A stretch of 34,742 nt of DNA from a virus. Its lineage: Duplodnaviria > Caudoviricetes. The stretch is taken from IMG/VR virus record IMGVR_UViG_3300045135_000695, positions 1 to 34,742 of that record. One strand, given 5' to 3'. A model generated the notes under the pieces. The model was not told the origin of the DNA. It did not search any database and was given only the letters and a program-made list of their open reading frames with translations. Positions 34,562-34,742 of this stretch are shown here, piece by piece (the stretch's first letter is position 1; each line of letters starts with the position of its first letter). A program made the translations under genes and the position numbers.

Positions 34562-34585
34562 CTTTTACTACGCGAGGTAAAGATT

Positions 34586-34742
34586 ATGCTAAAGCATTAC
34601 AAAGGAACTCCTGAGCACAACTCTTGGGCTGCAATGAAGCAGCGTTGCTACTATAAAGGCTATCGCAGATATGATAGATATGGCGGCAGAGGTATAAAAG
34701 TATGCGATAGTTGGTTAGAGTCGTTTTTAAAAATCTACAAAG
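34586..34742 (+). CDS. 5' part of the junction-spanning HNH endonuclease (continues at 1-438)
   Basis: GAGG RBS, ATG 34586, MLKHYKGTPEHNSWAAMKQRC; 3' end of this copy degraded by contig-end mismatches. Confidence 0.85.
   Translation, partial: MLKHYKGTPEHNSWAAMKQRCYYKGYRRYDRYGGRGIKVCDSWLESFLKIYK
34601..34742 (+). repeat. Direct terminal overlap, copy 2
   Basis: Matches 1-142. Confidence 0.95.

Noticed and set aside
34601-34742. Physical direct terminal repeat of the virion DNA
   Set aside because: It falls mid-gene, is about one assembler k-mer long, has mismatches only at the contig end, and the terminase looks headful-type. Best read as a circular assembly overlap.
1-34742. CRISPR array, rRNA, integrase/att site or IS transposase
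   Set aside because: No regularly spaced repeats or matching motifs were seen by eye.

Overview
The window is an apparently complete, circularly assembled ~34.6-kb tailed-phage genome (1-142 recurs at 34601-34742). Its podovirus-type (P22-like) morphogenesis genes are on the minus strand: terS, terL, adaptor, tail fibre with intramolecular chaperone, nozzle, ejection proteins, portal, scaffold and major capsid. It also carries a lambdoid-style early region (ERF, SSB-like, Cro-like HTH, NinB, NinG, SF2 helicase, stand-alone primase Zn-ribbon), a plus-strand arm (HTH paralogues, endolysin, holin, MazG-like, glutaredoxin-like, DUF3310) and four free-standing HNH endonucleases. I found no integrase, CI-type repressor, DNA polymerase, replication initiator or catalytic primase. 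The strongest lead is the ORF-free region 25594-26131 upstream of the helicase. There, two near-consensus sigma70 promoters converge on a 69-nt cloverleaf, predicting a ~118-nt terminated antisense RNA and a >=450-nt refoldable structured RNA that ends in a GGGAAAAAAGGG tract. This resembles the ColE1 RNA I/RNA II layout and is a candidate RNA-primed, antisense-controlled phage replicon (inference). Other leads are a covarying, pseudoknot-capable c4-like RNA leader repeated before two HNH genes, a stand-alone ART-PolyVal-like ADP-ribosyltransferase among virion genes, and a candidate anti-Shine-Dalgarno sRNA. All family calls come from motif recognition by eye; no searches or folding programs were run.
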